A DNA stretch of 64,000 bases from Limisphaerales bacterium (GTDB lineage Bacteria; Verrucomicrobiota; Verrucomicrobiia; Limisphaerales; JAJOIW01), in contig CBFHOE010000002.1 of NCBI GenBank assembly GCA_965657355.1, forward strand, positions 96,001 to 160,000. Direction: 5' to 3'. A program made the translations under genes and the position numbers. The notes beneath the pieces are model-generated. The model was not told where the DNA came from and ran no database searches. It saw only the letters and a list, made by a program, of their open reading frames with translations. Shown here in pieces: positions 1 to 10,111 of the stretch (the first letter of the stretch is position 1; every line of letters starts with the position of its first letter).

Positions 1-909
1 CTCATTGAAGGGGAAACAGGCACAGGGAAAACGACCATAGCACGGTGGGTTCATAGACAGGGGCCTAGAAGTGAATCCCAGCTGGTTGAAATAAACGCAG
101 CAGCTTTACCAGAAAAATTAGCGGAGGCCGAATTATTTGGTTATGAAAAAGGCGCCTTTACAGACGCCAAGGCATCTCGAATGGGCCTTTTTGAGGCGGC
201 AAGTGGAGGTTCATTATTTATAGATGAGATGGCGAGTCTTCCGCTATCAGTACAAGCAAAAATACTCAAAGCCATAGAGGATAATAAAATCAGAAGAATC
301 GGAGGTTCAAGAGATATATCCATTGATACAAGAATCATTGCGGCTACGAATATTTCATTGGCTAAAGCAGTCAAGAATAGTGAATTCCGAGAAGATCTTA
401 TGCATCGATTAAATTTGTTCACCATACGCATTCCACCTTTGCGTGAAAGGAAAGAAGACATTCCCAGCCTTGCAAAGGAACTTCTCATTCAAATTGAAAA
501 AAAACATAAAAAAAATGGCAGACAGATATCGAGAGAAGGTTTGGAAAAATTAATACATTATCCATGGCCTGGAAATGTGAGAGAGCTCATTCACGAGCTA
601 GAGAGAGCCGTAGTATTTGAAGAAAGTGAGCAACTGGATTTACAGAGTTTAACCAGCCCTAAAGCTGAAAATGATATGACAGGCATCGCAGACCTTGGCC
701 ATCCAGAGATTGAGAGCGAACCTAATTTTCATTGGACGGATGAAAATTTTATTATTCCTCAATCAGGTTTTTCCATTGAATCTGCCATAAACGGCCTCAT
801 TCAAAAGGCTTTAGATCAAACAAAGGGAAATGTTTCTGCCGCGGCAAGGCTGCTTGGAGTAAATAGAGACTATATTCGCTACCGATTTGAGAAGAAAAAA
901 AAATCGTAA
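1..909 (+). CDS. sigma-54-dependent transcriptional regulator (NtrC/Fis family), 5'-truncated by window edge
   Basis: Frame +1 is open from base 1: LIEGETGTGKT (Walker A), ELFGYEKGAFTDA, LFIDE (Walker B), FREDL..RL, WPGNVREL, C-terminal Fis HTH (NVSAAARLLG). Confidence 0.95.
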   Translation, partial: LIEGETGTGKTTIARWVHRQGPRSESQLVEINAAALPEKLAEAELFGYEKGAFTDAKASRMGLFEAASGGSLFIDEMASLPLSVQAKILKAIEDNKIRRIGGSRDISIDTRIIAATNISLAKAVKNSEFREDLMHRLNLFTIRIPPLRERKEDIPSLAKELLIQIEKKHKKNGRQISREGLEKLIHYPWPGNVRELIHELERAVVFEESEQLDLQSLTSPKAENDMTGIADLGHPEIESEPNFHWTDENFIIPQSGFSIESAINGLIQKALDQTKGNVSAAARLLGVNRDYIRYRFEKKKKS

Positions 910-1119
910 TTTGAGATCAGTGGGAAAAACTAGAACTAAAGCATGCTATTTGATACATTGCACTTTTAGAGTCAAATAGACTACCTTTCAGATTTATTCT
1001 CGCATGAATATTGAACTTAAGAGTAAGAATAAGTTGAACGTAAATAACCATGACCAAAAATCGATGGTCTCATACAAAGAAATGAGAAAAAACAGCCTAG
1101 ATAGGAGGCTCACTAAATA

Positions 1120-2289
1120 ATGGAATATTCGATAAACAATAAAGTTTCTTCTCTCACGCCGTCGATCACTTTGGCCATTAGCGCCAAAGCTAAGGAAATG
1201 AGGAAACAGGGGTTGGATGTCATTGGTTTTGGTGCCGGTGAACCAGATTTTGATACACCTGACCACATCAAGCAATCTGCCGTGAAGGCACTCAATGATG
1301 GCTTCACCAAATACACGCCCAGTTCGGGCACCCCAGAGCTCAAAGAAGCCATAATCCATAAATTTCAGAGAGATCAGAATGTGACCTTTGAGCCAAAACA
1401 GATTATCGCAAATTGCGGGGGGAAACATAGTTGTTTCAATGTCATTTACGCGGTCTGCAATCCTGGTGATGAAGTCATCATCCCTGCTCCATATTGGTTA
1501 AGTTACCCCGAGATGGCCAAACTGGCCGGAGCCAAACCTGTCATTATCCAGGCATCAGATACCAATGGGTTTAAGGTGACCCCTGAGCAGTTAAGAAATT
1601 CGATAACCCAAAGATCGAGAATCTTTATTTTGAATTCACCCGGCAACCCGACTGGGGCGGTATATTCCGAAGAGGAAATTAAAGAACTTTCAAACGTATG
1701 TCTTGAAAAGGGAGTTTTAATTATGAGCGATGATATTTATGAAAAACTTCTTTATGATGATGCGCAACACACCTGCCCTGCATCTTTTTCGGAAGATCAT
1801 AAAAATAATACCATCATTGTTCACGGCTTAGCAAAGGCATATTCAATGACGGGATGGAGAATAGGATTTACAGCAGCTCCATTACCCATCGCCAAGGCAA
1901 TCGACGCCTTTCAAAGCCACAGCACGAGTAATCCTACTTCTTTTGCGCAATCTGGCGCCATAACGGCACTCAATGGACCGCAGGGACACATTGCGGAATG
2001 GCTTGTTCAGTTTGACAAGAGAAGACTGACGGCTCTTAAGTTACTTAATGAAATGCCAGGAATTCGATGTTTCAGATCGCAGGGGGCTTTTTATTTATTT
2101 CCAAATATTTCTGAGACAGGTTTGGACAGTGCTGCCTTTTGTAAAAAATTACTCGAAGAATCTAAAGTAGCAGCCGTACCGGGCGCGGCATTCGGTTCTG
2201 ACCAGCATATCAGAATTTCTTACGCAACTAGTTTGGAGAATATTGAGAAAGGGCTTGATCGGATGATGCGTTTTATTAAATCACTTTAG
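1120..2289 (+). CDS. aspC: aspartate aminotransferase (PLP class I/II)
   Basis: GEPDFDTP, NSPGNPTG, SDDIY, AKAYSMTGWRIG (PLP lysine), RISYA. Confidence 0.9.
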   Translation: MEYSINNKVSSLTPSITLAISAKAKEMRKQGLDVIGFGAGEPDFDTPDHIKQSAVKALNDGFTKYTPSSGTPELKEAIIHKFQRDQNVTFEPKQIIANCGGKHSCFNVIYAVCNPGDEVIIPAPYWLSYPEMAKLAGAKPVIIQASDTNGFKVTPEQLRNSITQRSRIFILNSPGNPTGAVYSEEEIKELSNVCLEKGVLIMSDDIYEKLLYDDAQHTCPASFSEDHKNNTIIVHGLAKAYSMTGWRIGFTAAPLPIAKAIDAFQSHSTSNPTSFAQSGAITALNGPQGHIAEWLVQFDKRRLTALKLLNEMPGIRCFRSQGAFYLFPNISETGLDSAAFCKKLLEESKVAAVPGAAFGSDQHIRISYATSLENIEKGLDRMMRFIKSL

Positions 2290-2322
2290 ATGCCTTCCAA
2301 ACCAAAATGACATTATTGAATT

Positions 2323-3096
2323 ATGTCCACCGATGATGCAGAGATAAATAAGGGGTCAGAAATATCTGAGTTTTCCGAAAAGCCAAATGAGCGTAAGGAT
2401 TCAGAATCTCTTTCGGTGATACTGCATCGAATTCTTGATATTTTTTCAAATTGGTTCGCACACCCCAAAAAAAGAAAATACACAATACAAGTCATTATTG
2501 CTGCTTTCGCTCTAATCATCATTTGGATGATTATTCCCGGCAGCAAATCAATCGGGGAAGTCGCAAGCATTGGAAAAAAAGTAGGTTATTTAAGTTTTTA
2601 CATTGGGCAATCAGTGCTCCCGGTCATAGGATTTCCGATCATTCCGTTCTTGGTGGTTGGTTCATTTTCTTTTAGTTTTTGGTCGGTATTAATTGGAACG
2701 GCAATCGCACAAGCAATCCAGCTGCCGCTTGTCTACCTCATAGGCCAAAAATTACTAACTCCAGTGATTAAAAACCTCTCAGACTGGTTTGAGTTCCCGA
2801 TACTTAAATTAGAAAATAAAGACCAGGTTAAGTTTATATTTTTTATTAAACTACTCCCTGGTCTCAGCCAGACTCTGCGGCATTATATATTGGCAGTTTA
2901 CAAAGTACCATTCCGACATTTTTTTATTATCAGTTGGTCCATGAGCATGGCATTTTCAATAATGGTGCTGCTCATATGCCAAACATTGAAAACTGGAGGA
3001 GGTTGGAACCTCTATATAGTGGTGGCTTTTGCAGTGGTTTTGATTGCACTGGTATTGCTGCTGAGAAGCAGGTCGACCCCACCACCTAAGACCTAA
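2323..3096 (+). CDS. DedA/TVP38 (VTT domain) family membrane protein
   Basis: Several hydrophobic helices; 'YLIGQKL' and 'IKLLPGL...Y' match the DedA-type G..L and R.xP pattern. Confidence 0.6.
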   Translation: MSTDDAEINKGSEISEFSEKPNERKDSESLSVILHRILDIFSNWFAHPKKRKYTIQVIIAAFALIIIWMIIPGSKSIGEVASIGKKVGYLSFYIGQSVLPVIGFPIIPFLVVGSFSFSFWSVLIGTAIAQAIQLPLVYLIGQKLLTPVIKNLSDWFEFPILKLENKDQVKFIFFIKLLPGLSQTLRHYILAVYKVPFRHFFIISWSMSMAFSIMVLLICQTLKTGGGWNLYIVVAFAVVLIALVLLLRSRSTPPPKT

Positions 3097-3101
3097 AAAA
3101 A

Positions 3102-3356
3102 TTGAAACAACAAAAAGAGTCACATGTTAGAAGTCTTCTCAAAGGACTGACATGGCGTATTACTGGGACACTGGTTGCTTTTGCGATGTCTATGATATTA
3201 ACAGGCAAAATGGACGTTGCTTTACAATTTGCCGCAGCTGACTTCGTGATAAAATTTTTATTGTACTACCTCCATGAGAGGATGTGGCAATTCATACCAC
3301 GAGGCACAATAAAAGCACTTTTTAGAAAAAAACCAAAAAAGGACTACGAGATTTAA
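3102..3356 (+). CDS. DUF2061-domain small membrane protein
   Basis: ESHVRSLLKGLTWRITGT ... LYYLHERMW signature; TTG start. Confidence 0.85.
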   Translation: MKQQKESHVRSLLKGLTWRITGTLVAFAMSMILTGKMDVALQFAAADFVIKFLLYYLHERMWQFIPRGTIKALFRKKPKKDYEI

Positions 3357-4586
3357 TTATCTTTCATTAACATTTGGAAGTGTTTTCCAACCTGCGAATT
3401 GATTTTCTTTATTGAAAATTACGTCCCGCTCAATCGCAATATGCCGAATGGTCTCTTTGCCATTCGCAGCCACAGAGAAAGTCATATGGAATTGTCCTTG
3501 AGCATCTTCAATTATTGATGGATATGAATAACTCGCCTTTTGATCATCGCTCAGGTCACTAACAATTTCTAATCGGTAATTCCAATTATTGCCATAATCT
3601 GAAGAACCTAAAATTCCAAGAGAGGACCTATCCTTTTCATTAAAATTTCCCGCCAAAAGCCAATGACCATTATTTGAATGCAATACTGCGACACTAGAGC
3701 CAGGGTTGGGTATTTCAGTGTCTTGTGCCAGAGACCATGAATTTCCAGCGTCTTTAGAATAGCTCACCATGACCCTTCCAGGATTTGGGCCACTATCTCG
3801 CATAAATGCAACAACCTCATTTGCACTGCGAGAGGCTAATGTTGGTTGGATTGGACCCAGCCCCACTATTGGTTTGCTTGATTTCCATGTTTCTCCTCCA
3901 TCGTAAGTAATAGCCATCAAAGACACATTAAACCCATCCGAATACATAGGCACTATCCAGTGGTTTTTAGAAAGCTGGAGCGGGTGATTTCGAGTCATCC
4001 AACCCATTTGCCTTTTTGAGGGATCATTGGCGGCATTAATGAGTTGTTTGGAATACGGTTGTGCATACTCCGACCACATATTTTCGTCCATTCTTAATTC
4101 ATTAAAACCAGCGACCATTGATTCGAGAAAATCATGCCCCGGTTTCAAAATAATGTTTCCCTGCCAGTTCCATAAGGGCTCTCCATTTTCTTTGAGCCCA
4201 CTGGCTCTCTTGAAAAATAATAAAGAATTCTCCCAACGGTTGCCAATTGGAACGATCCAATAGAGCCAGATCCTTTTTTGATCATCGTAAAAAAAGACAG
4301 GATTACAATCTGGAAGATCTGGAGTATCTGTTAATGAAAAAGCATTTGACCAATGCGTTTGTGAATGAGATTTAAGCGAAGCCCCTTTAATGGAAACATC
4401 ATTCGCTTTCCTTTCACCTGATCCTTCATACCAGCAGGCGAGAAACCATCCGTTCTCTGTCTCAATAATAGAGCTGGAATGAGTATGGCGTTCTACAGGA
4501 GAAAAAATATCGCGCGAAACCATTTCAGAGAAAGCAAAGCAACTTCCCCAAAGCATGATTATGGCAAATATTGCGAGTTGTCTCAT
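3357..4586 (-). CDS. secreted BNR/Asp-box sialidase-like glycoside hydrolase
   Basis: Signal peptide; HSSSIIE, Asp boxes (TYDGGETW, SKDAGNSW, SSDYGNNW), IPNPGS, YSYPS. Confidence 0.8.
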   Translation of the reverse strand: MRQLAIFAIIMLWGSCFAFSEMVSRDIFSPVERHTHSSSIIETENGWFLACWYEGSGERKANDVSIKGASLKSHSQTHWSNAFSLTDTPDLPDCNPVFFYDDQKRIWLYWIVPIGNRWENSLLFFKRASGLKENGEPLWNWQGNIILKPGHDFLESMVAGFNELRMDENMWSEYAQPYSKQLINAANDPSKRQMGWMTRNHPLQLSKNHWIVPMYSDGFNVSLMAITYDGGETWKSSKPIVGLGPIQPTLASRSANEVVAFMRDSGPNPGRVMVSYSKDAGNSWSLAQDTEIPNPGSSVAVLHSNNGHWLLAGNFNEKDRSSLGILGSSDYGNNWNYRLEIVSDLSDDQKASYSYPSIIEDAQGQFHMTFSVAANGKETIRHIAIERDVIFNKENQFAGWKTLPNVNER

Positions 4587-4617
4587 TCTATAATATTAGA
4601 GCAAGGTCATTATTTAT

Positions 4618-5874
4618 TTATTCCTGAAGAAGAAACAATCTCTCTCCAGCCTTAGGTACAAAGAGAATACCTTGATCTTCTTTATCCTTGTAGTCATCAA
4701 AGCAAATGGATGCTGGATCTCGGTAGCCCAAGTTTATTTGCTTGCAAATGCTTTCGGGCAATTGCGAAGCAACGGTGACTTTAATTCGGGGTGTTTCAAT
4801 ACCATTCTGGTAAGTTCCGCTTCCTTTTACGTGAGTCGAGTGAGCAATAACCCCCCAAGGCATATCTTTAAAATCATCCCACTGTTTTAAAAAATAATCA
4901 CGAACGTGGTAACCAATTTTTTTAATAATTTCACCGTGCGTTTCTGAGATTTCACTGAGGTGAGGGGCATAAATTATGAGTTCCCCACCGTCGGCGACAA
5001 CCGGCTCCAACTTATACATGGCTTTACCGGCTGTCCATAACTCCTCATACATTGGAGGGGCTACGGAAAGAACTGTATCAAAAGATTTTTCCTTGTATAT
5101 AATGTGAGCGGCTCGCGAGTGTTCACTTGCAAGCTCCCAAGCTGACTCCGGGGTTCCGGAATATAGGCCTGCCAACTCCTTCGAATCCCCTACAACCAGC
5201 GCAAGGCATGTTTTATTTTTCTGAATCATGGCGCCAGCAGCGTCGACTACTTTTCTAACCGGAGTTTTCTGCCGACCTATGATTTGAGCATTAGTAACCA
5301 CAGCTCCCAGCCAATGAAAAAAATTAAGAATCCTGGGCCCTGCAATTCCTGGGAAAAAATATTTGTTACCACCTGAAAAACCAACAACCTCATGCGGAAA
5401 CACCGGACCTATGATTATTATGTGGTCATAGTCCATGACGATTTTGTTGATTTCAACAGGAACATCCATTTCAAATCGACCGTCCGTCAGGTCTCGAATC
5501 TCGCCACTTGGAATTGTCCCAATCAACTGTAATGCATCGGGATTGTCCCACTGATGATTGATAAAGCGAACGCTACTAAACTTCCCTTCTCTCTCCTCAT
5601 TAGATATATCTAAACGTTCCTGAATTGCACTCTCTGTCATTGGCGGATGAGTTCCCAAAGCGACAATGACATCCATAGACCGTGTCACATGTCCGATGTG
5701 ATGGAAAAGCGATTTAAAGACCTTCCCTACGGGCGCTGTTCTTGTGTGGTCAGGAACTACGACGAGGACATTTAATCCTTCGAATTGAGAAGGGTTTATT
5801 TGATCCGATATGACCTTTTCTATCTCCTCTTTGTTCAAACCTGAAGATGAGGTAGCCTTCAAACCATAACTCAT
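4618..5874 (-). CDS. LarA-family nickel-pincer hydroxyacid racemase/epimerase
   Basis: VPDHTRT, ALGTH, NH, PHEVVGFSGGNKYFFPG, FFH and AGKAMYK match LarA catalytic and cofactor-binding positions. Confidence 0.85.
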   Translation of the reverse strand: MSYGLKATSSSGLNKEEIEKVISDQINPSQFEGLNVLVVVPDHTRTAPVGKVFKSLFHHIGHVTRSMDVIVALGTHPPMTESAIQERLDISNEEREGKFSSVRFINHQWDNPDALQLIGTIPSGEIRDLTDGRFEMDVPVEINKIVMDYDHIIIIGPVFPHEVVGFSGGNKYFFPGIAGPRILNFFHWLGAVVTNAQIIGRQKTPVRKVVDAAGAMIQKNKTCLALVVGDSKELAGLYSGTPESAWELASEHSRAAHIIYKEKSFDTVLSVAPPMYEELWTAGKAMYKLEPVVADGGELIIYAPHLSEISETHGEIIKKIGYHVRDYFLKQWDDFKDMPWGVIAHSTHVKGSGTYQNGIETPRIKVTVASQLPESICKQINLGYRDPASICFDDYKDKEDQGILFVPKAGERLFLLQE

Positions 5875-5893
5875 ACTTTAATCTCTTTTCGAA

Positions 5894-6703
5894 TTATATG
5901 GTTTGTGAAAGGAATCCACCATCTACCCGAATATCAGTCCCGGTAACAAAAGATGAGGCAGCCTGACTGGCTAAAAATACAGCAGCTCCTGATATCTCAC
6001 TTGCTTCACCAAAGCGATTCATGGATGTATGGTTTAAGATAGATTCAGCTCGAGGAGTTGGGCTTCCATCTTCATTGAAAAGTAATTTTTTATTTTGCTC
6101 CGCTGGAAAGAATCCAGGAGTAATTGAATTTACCCTGACGCCAGCACCTGCCCACTCTCTCGCCAAAAACTGAGTAAGACTCAGAACTGCCGCTTTTGAA
6201 GCACTGTAGGCAACTACCCTAGATAAAGGGGTGTGCGAAGTAACGCTTGCAATGTTTATAATACTCCCGCGCCCTCTCTTGACCATTCCTTCACCAAAAA
6301 CCTGGCATGGAAGCAAAACACCGCCGACGAGGTTAAGATCAAAATTTTGCCTCCACGCATCGATAGGTAAAGAAACAAAAGGATTATCATCCGTAACAGT
6401 TGCTTTTGGATCATTTCCCCCGGCAGCGTTTAACAAAATATCAGGGGTGCCTAATTCTTCAGCGATCTGATTTTCGCACTCCAATAGGCTTTCCTTTTCC
6501 ATGGCATCAGCTTTGAAAAATTTTGCCGTAGCTCCTGTATTTGATAATGCAGCCACTCTCTTCTGTCCTCGATCTTCACTTCTCCCAAGAACAGCAACTT
6601 TCGCTCCGGCCTCTCCAAATGCTTGGGAAATAGCCCCACCTAATTCGCCAGTTGCCCCAATGACAACAGCCACTTTTCCTGTTAGATCAAACAATTTCGA
6701 CAT
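5894..6703 (-). CDS. SDR oxidoreductase, D-mannonate oxidoreductase/fructuronate reductase (UxuB-like)
   Basis: Likely start MSKLFDLTGK; GATGELG, NAAGGN.P.AT, FDLNL, PLSRVVAYSASK, PGFFPAEQN..LLFNEDG. Confidence 0.75.
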   Translation of the reverse strand: MSKLFDLTGKVAVVIGATGELGGAISQAFGEAGAKVAVLGRSEDRGQKRVAALSNTGATAKFFKADAMEKESLLECENQIAEELGTPDILLNAAGGNDPKATVTDDNPFVSLPIDAWRQNFDLNLVGGVLLPCQVFGEGMVKRGRGSIINIASVTSHTPLSRVVAYSASKAAVLSLTQFLAREWAGAGVRVNSITPGFFPAEQNKKLLFNEDGSPTPRAESILNHTSMNRFGEASEISGAAVFLASQAASSFVTGTDIRVDGGFLSQTI

Positions 6704-6942
6704 ATATGGAGACATAATCATATAAGCCCAAAATTGGCTAGCAATATCCCGGATGTTCCAAAACACAAATTTTTTAAAAAAATTATTGGAAACGTGATTA
6801 GATTTGAGCAAATTGTTGCTCTGCATAAATTATAATGTCCCTCAATATTCTGAGAATTAGAGATAAAGTCTCTAATTTGTGTGAGATCAAATTGGATAGC
6901 ATAAGTTCATTTTGGGGCAGCGGATTTACTGAAAATTTTGAA

Positions 6943-7878
6943 ATGACGAATTTACCTGAACCGGAAATTATATTTACTCACGAGAGTGATTTAGATGGAT
7001 TTGTTGCGGGTTTGCTCCTCAAACAATTGGCAAAAAAACTCTTCGAAAAAGACATTCCACTGAAAGCATACCATTACGGAGCATGGGAAAATTTTGAAAT
7101 CAGACATAAACAAGCGTGGATTTCAGACCTCTCATTTGAGTCAAGATTCGATCGTCCGGGCTGGTTAATTGTCGATCATCACACATACACCGATAAGCCT
7201 TCTAATGCCACACTAGTCCATAGCCTTGAAAAATCAGCTGGCTCGCTGGCATATGACTTATGCAAAGCAAACGGCATTCAAAACGAAAAATTGGACAAGT
7301 TAGTCCATTACAACAATCTGGCGGATTTGTTCATGAGGGATGACGATGCTTTTGACGTAGCAACAGACTATGCATCAATCATAAAAGTTTATGGATTCTG
7401 GCCTATTTATTCTATAATCGAAGGCCAGTTAGAAAATTTATTTGATCACCCTCTCTTGAAGGTTGTCACTATGAAGAGACAGGTTGAAAATCCCATTGGC
7501 TTTGAATGGAGTAAAAATAATATAATCGAAATCACTCCAGAAATTGCTCTAATCAAAACAACCATAGGCAATGTCAATTTGATCATAGATAGGATGCTTG
7601 AAGAAAAAACTACCACTCACCCAATACTATTAACTCTTGGAAAAAGGACTAACGCCCCCATGACTGTTAGCCTAAGATCAAGAAATGGTGAAGCTTTGGA
7701 GTATGCTCGCAGACTTCAAGGAGGAGGACATCCAAATGCTTGTGGTGCCAGCCTTCCCAAAATAATTCATCATGTAAATGATGCCATCGAATACCTTAAA
7801 AACTCCTTAAATCCCCCCGCTCAAATCACAGATCCGCAAGATGTTAGGGGGTTATTTGATTCGCTAGACGGGAAATAA
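6943..7878 (+). CDS. DHH/DHHA1 phosphoesterase (nanoRNase-like)
   Basis: THESDLDG, ISDL, VDHH, SLRS...GGGHPNACG; likely start at ATG 6943. Confidence 0.8.
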   Translation: MTNLPEPEIIFTHESDLDGFVAGLLLKQLAKKLFEKDIPLKAYHYGAWENFEIRHKQAWISDLSFESRFDRPGWLIVDHHTYTDKPSNATLVHSLEKSAGSLAYDLCKANGIQNEKLDKLVHYNNLADLFMRDDDAFDVATDYASIIKVYGFWPIYSIIEGQLENLFDHPLLKVVTMKRQVENPIGFEWSKNNIIEITPEIALIKTTIGNVNLIIDRMLEEKTTTHPILLTLGKRTNAPMTVSLRSRNGEALEYARRLQGGGHPNACGASLPKIIHHVNDAIEYLKNSLNPPAQITDPQDVRGLFDSLDGK

Positions 7879-7949
7879 ATGGTTGACCATTCTCAGATAT
7901 TGCATTTTTCGGAAGACAACAGGCCCAATAAAATGGTAGATAATCACTA

Positions 7950-8672
7950 ATGCGATCAGATGGAAGAGAACCAGGTGATTTAAGAACAATAACATTTGAA
8001 AACGAAATTGCGCCTAATGCAACAGGGTCCACGTTGATCAAATGGGGCCACACTCAAGTTATTTGTTCTGTTTGTATAGAACCCGGGGTCCCGAGGTGGA
8101 TGAGAGATCAATCAGTAGGAGGAGGTTGGCTTACCGCGGAATATAGCATGCTTCCCTACAGCACCCTAAATAGAAAAACCAGAGATATATCACGCGGTAA
8201 AGTTGATGGTAGATCCCAAGAAATACAAAGACTCATTGGCAGGGCACTCAGAGCTGCAGTGGACTTGAAGAAGGTGGGCGAAAAAACAATTTGGATTGAT
8301 TGCGATGTTTTACAAGCCGATGGGGGCACCAGAACGGCAGCCATTACCGGAGGCTTCGTCGCCTTGTCACTCGCTTTTCGAAATTTAATCAATAAGGGAG
8401 TTCTTCTAGAGAATCCAATCATTGAAAAAATTGCAGCGGTCAGCGTAGGGGTTGTAAACGGAACGCCCGTATTGGATTTGCCTTATGTTGAGGATGTGGA
8501 TGCAGAGGTCGACCTCAATGTTGTTATGACAGGCTCAGGTGATTTCGTGGAAATCCAAGGAACAGGTGAAAAGAATACCTTCCCTCAAACCCAACTTATT
8601 AAAATGTTAGATTTGGTCGCCCCGGGAATAAACAATCTCATTAAAGCCCAAGATGAAGCTTTAATGAGGTAG
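7950..8672 (+). CDS. rph: ribonuclease PH
   Basis: RSDGR, GWLTAEYSMLP, EIQRLIGR, DCDVLQADGGTRTAAITG. Confidence 0.97.
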   Translation: MRSDGREPGDLRTITFENEIAPNATGSTLIKWGHTQVICSVCIEPGVPRWMRDQSVGGGWLTAEYSMLPYSTLNRKTRDISRGKVDGRSQEIQRLIGRALRAAVDLKKVGEKTIWIDCDVLQADGGTRTAAITGGFVALSLAFRNLINKGVLLENPIIEKIAAVSVGVVNGTPVLDLPYVEDVDAEVDLNVVMTGSGDFVEIQGTGEKNTFPQTQLIKMLDLVAPGINNLIKAQDEALMR

Positions 8673-8772
8673 TCTTATGGAAAAAGCATAGCACCTTTTT
8701 AAGCCTTAGCTTGAAGGTAAGATTCTACCAAAGTATAAATTTTAATCCTTCTTGGTAAGCAAAACATTTGAA

Positions 8773-9687
8773 ATGCAGCAATCAAATCAGTCTTTGGTAA
8801 AAACTTCCGTCACAGTCGGGAAAGAATGCGAAGAGTTGCTTTCATCTTGGATAGAGGAAGAGGCCGGATTTGCTCCGTCCATTTACTCCACCCCACACGC
8901 TCATTCCTCGATCATTTCAATCTATCAGCCAGAAAACGAGCCGGGAATTATTAACCTGAATCACCTCAAAGCCTATGTCGATTCCTTATCAGAATTCGAT
9001 TTAAATATTGAAAATCCCGTTTACACGCAAGAGATCGTTCAGAAGGAAGATTGGGCAGAAGTTTGGAAGACTCATTTCAAGCCAATTCAAATTGAAAATT
9101 CCTTGTGGATTCGTCCCTCGTGGGAAGCGCAGCCACCATCAAAACACCTGATGGATATTGTCCTAGATCCGGGGCTAAGCTTTGGGACTGGGCAACATGC
9201 TACCACGGGATATTGTTTGACCAAAATCGCTTCACTAAAAAAAGAGAAACCAGACACAAATAAGCTCCTAGATGCAGGATGTGGCTCTGGTATCTTGGCC
9301 ATTGCGGCCAAAAAACTTGGATACTCAGTAGTCGAAGCATTTGACTACGACCACGAGGCAGTTAAGTGCGCGCGAGATAATGCAAAGGAAAATAATGTTT
9401 CCTTTTCGATATTTCAGGCGGAACTTGGTAAAGAAATCGGTGAGCTAGATTCCAAAAGTGGTTATTTTGACTTTATAGTGGCTAATATCCTTTCTGAAAC
9501 GCTTCTCCAATACGTCGACCAGCTCAGTTCTTGGTTAAGGATAGGAGGGCATCTATCAGTCGCCGGAATTCTTGATGTGCAATTTGAGAATCTTTCCATG
9601 TATTTTTCTCAAAAGGGACTTGTTTTAATCGATTCTAGGCGAGAAGGAGAATGGAAATCCGGCACTTTCGCCAAAACTTCCGGCTAA
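8773..9687 (+). CDS. prmA: ribosomal protein L11 methyltransferase
   Basis: EDWAEVWKTHFKP, DPGLSFGTGQHATT, LDAGCGSGILAIAA, VANIL. Confidence 0.9.
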   Translation: MQQSNQSLVKTSVTVGKECEELLSSWIEEEAGFAPSIYSTPHAHSSIISIYQPENEPGIINLNHLKAYVDSLSEFDLNIENPVYTQEIVQKEDWAEVWKTHFKPIQIENSLWIRPSWEAQPPSKHLMDIVLDPGLSFGTGQHATTGYCLTKIASLKKEKPDTNKLLDAGCGSGILAIAAKKLGYSVVEAFDYDHEAVKCARDNAKENNVSFSIFQAELGKEIGELDSKSGYFDFIVANILSETLLQYVDQLSSWLRIGGHLSVAGILDVQFENLSMYFSQKGLVLIDSRREGEWKSGTFAKTSG

Positions 9688-10111
9688 TGAGGTATAAATA
9701 GAGGCAGCGACCGCCTCGTTATGAAGCCGAACTCGAATCTAGGGTTTAAGTTTTATAATTCTGATGTCTTTATTTGTGATTATTGATTGGCGCAGTTTTT
9801 AAGTTGGGATTACACCGAGATAAAACTTTTGCAATATCTTGGTGACAAATAAAAAGATTTATTCGATTATACAAAAGTCTTGGATGTTTATCCAAGCCCA
9901 ACCGTGTAGGATTATGTTTGTTTCTAGAACTCTCCACTCAAGGTTGAAAACGGGTAGATGCCGCTATCTTACCTGTAACTTCGTGCCCCCCTCATCAGGT
10001 ATAAATCCCCAGCCTCAGCTAAATCAAATTTGTGGCTCATATTCCGTATTGCGGAATTAAAACCTTACTTTCTGAGGGAAAAAAAGATAAATCAAGTAAT
10101 TAAAAAGCAAA

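Noticed and set aside
9780..9810. Sigma-54 promoter (TGGCGC...)
   Set aside because: The -12 TTGC element is missing at the required spacing
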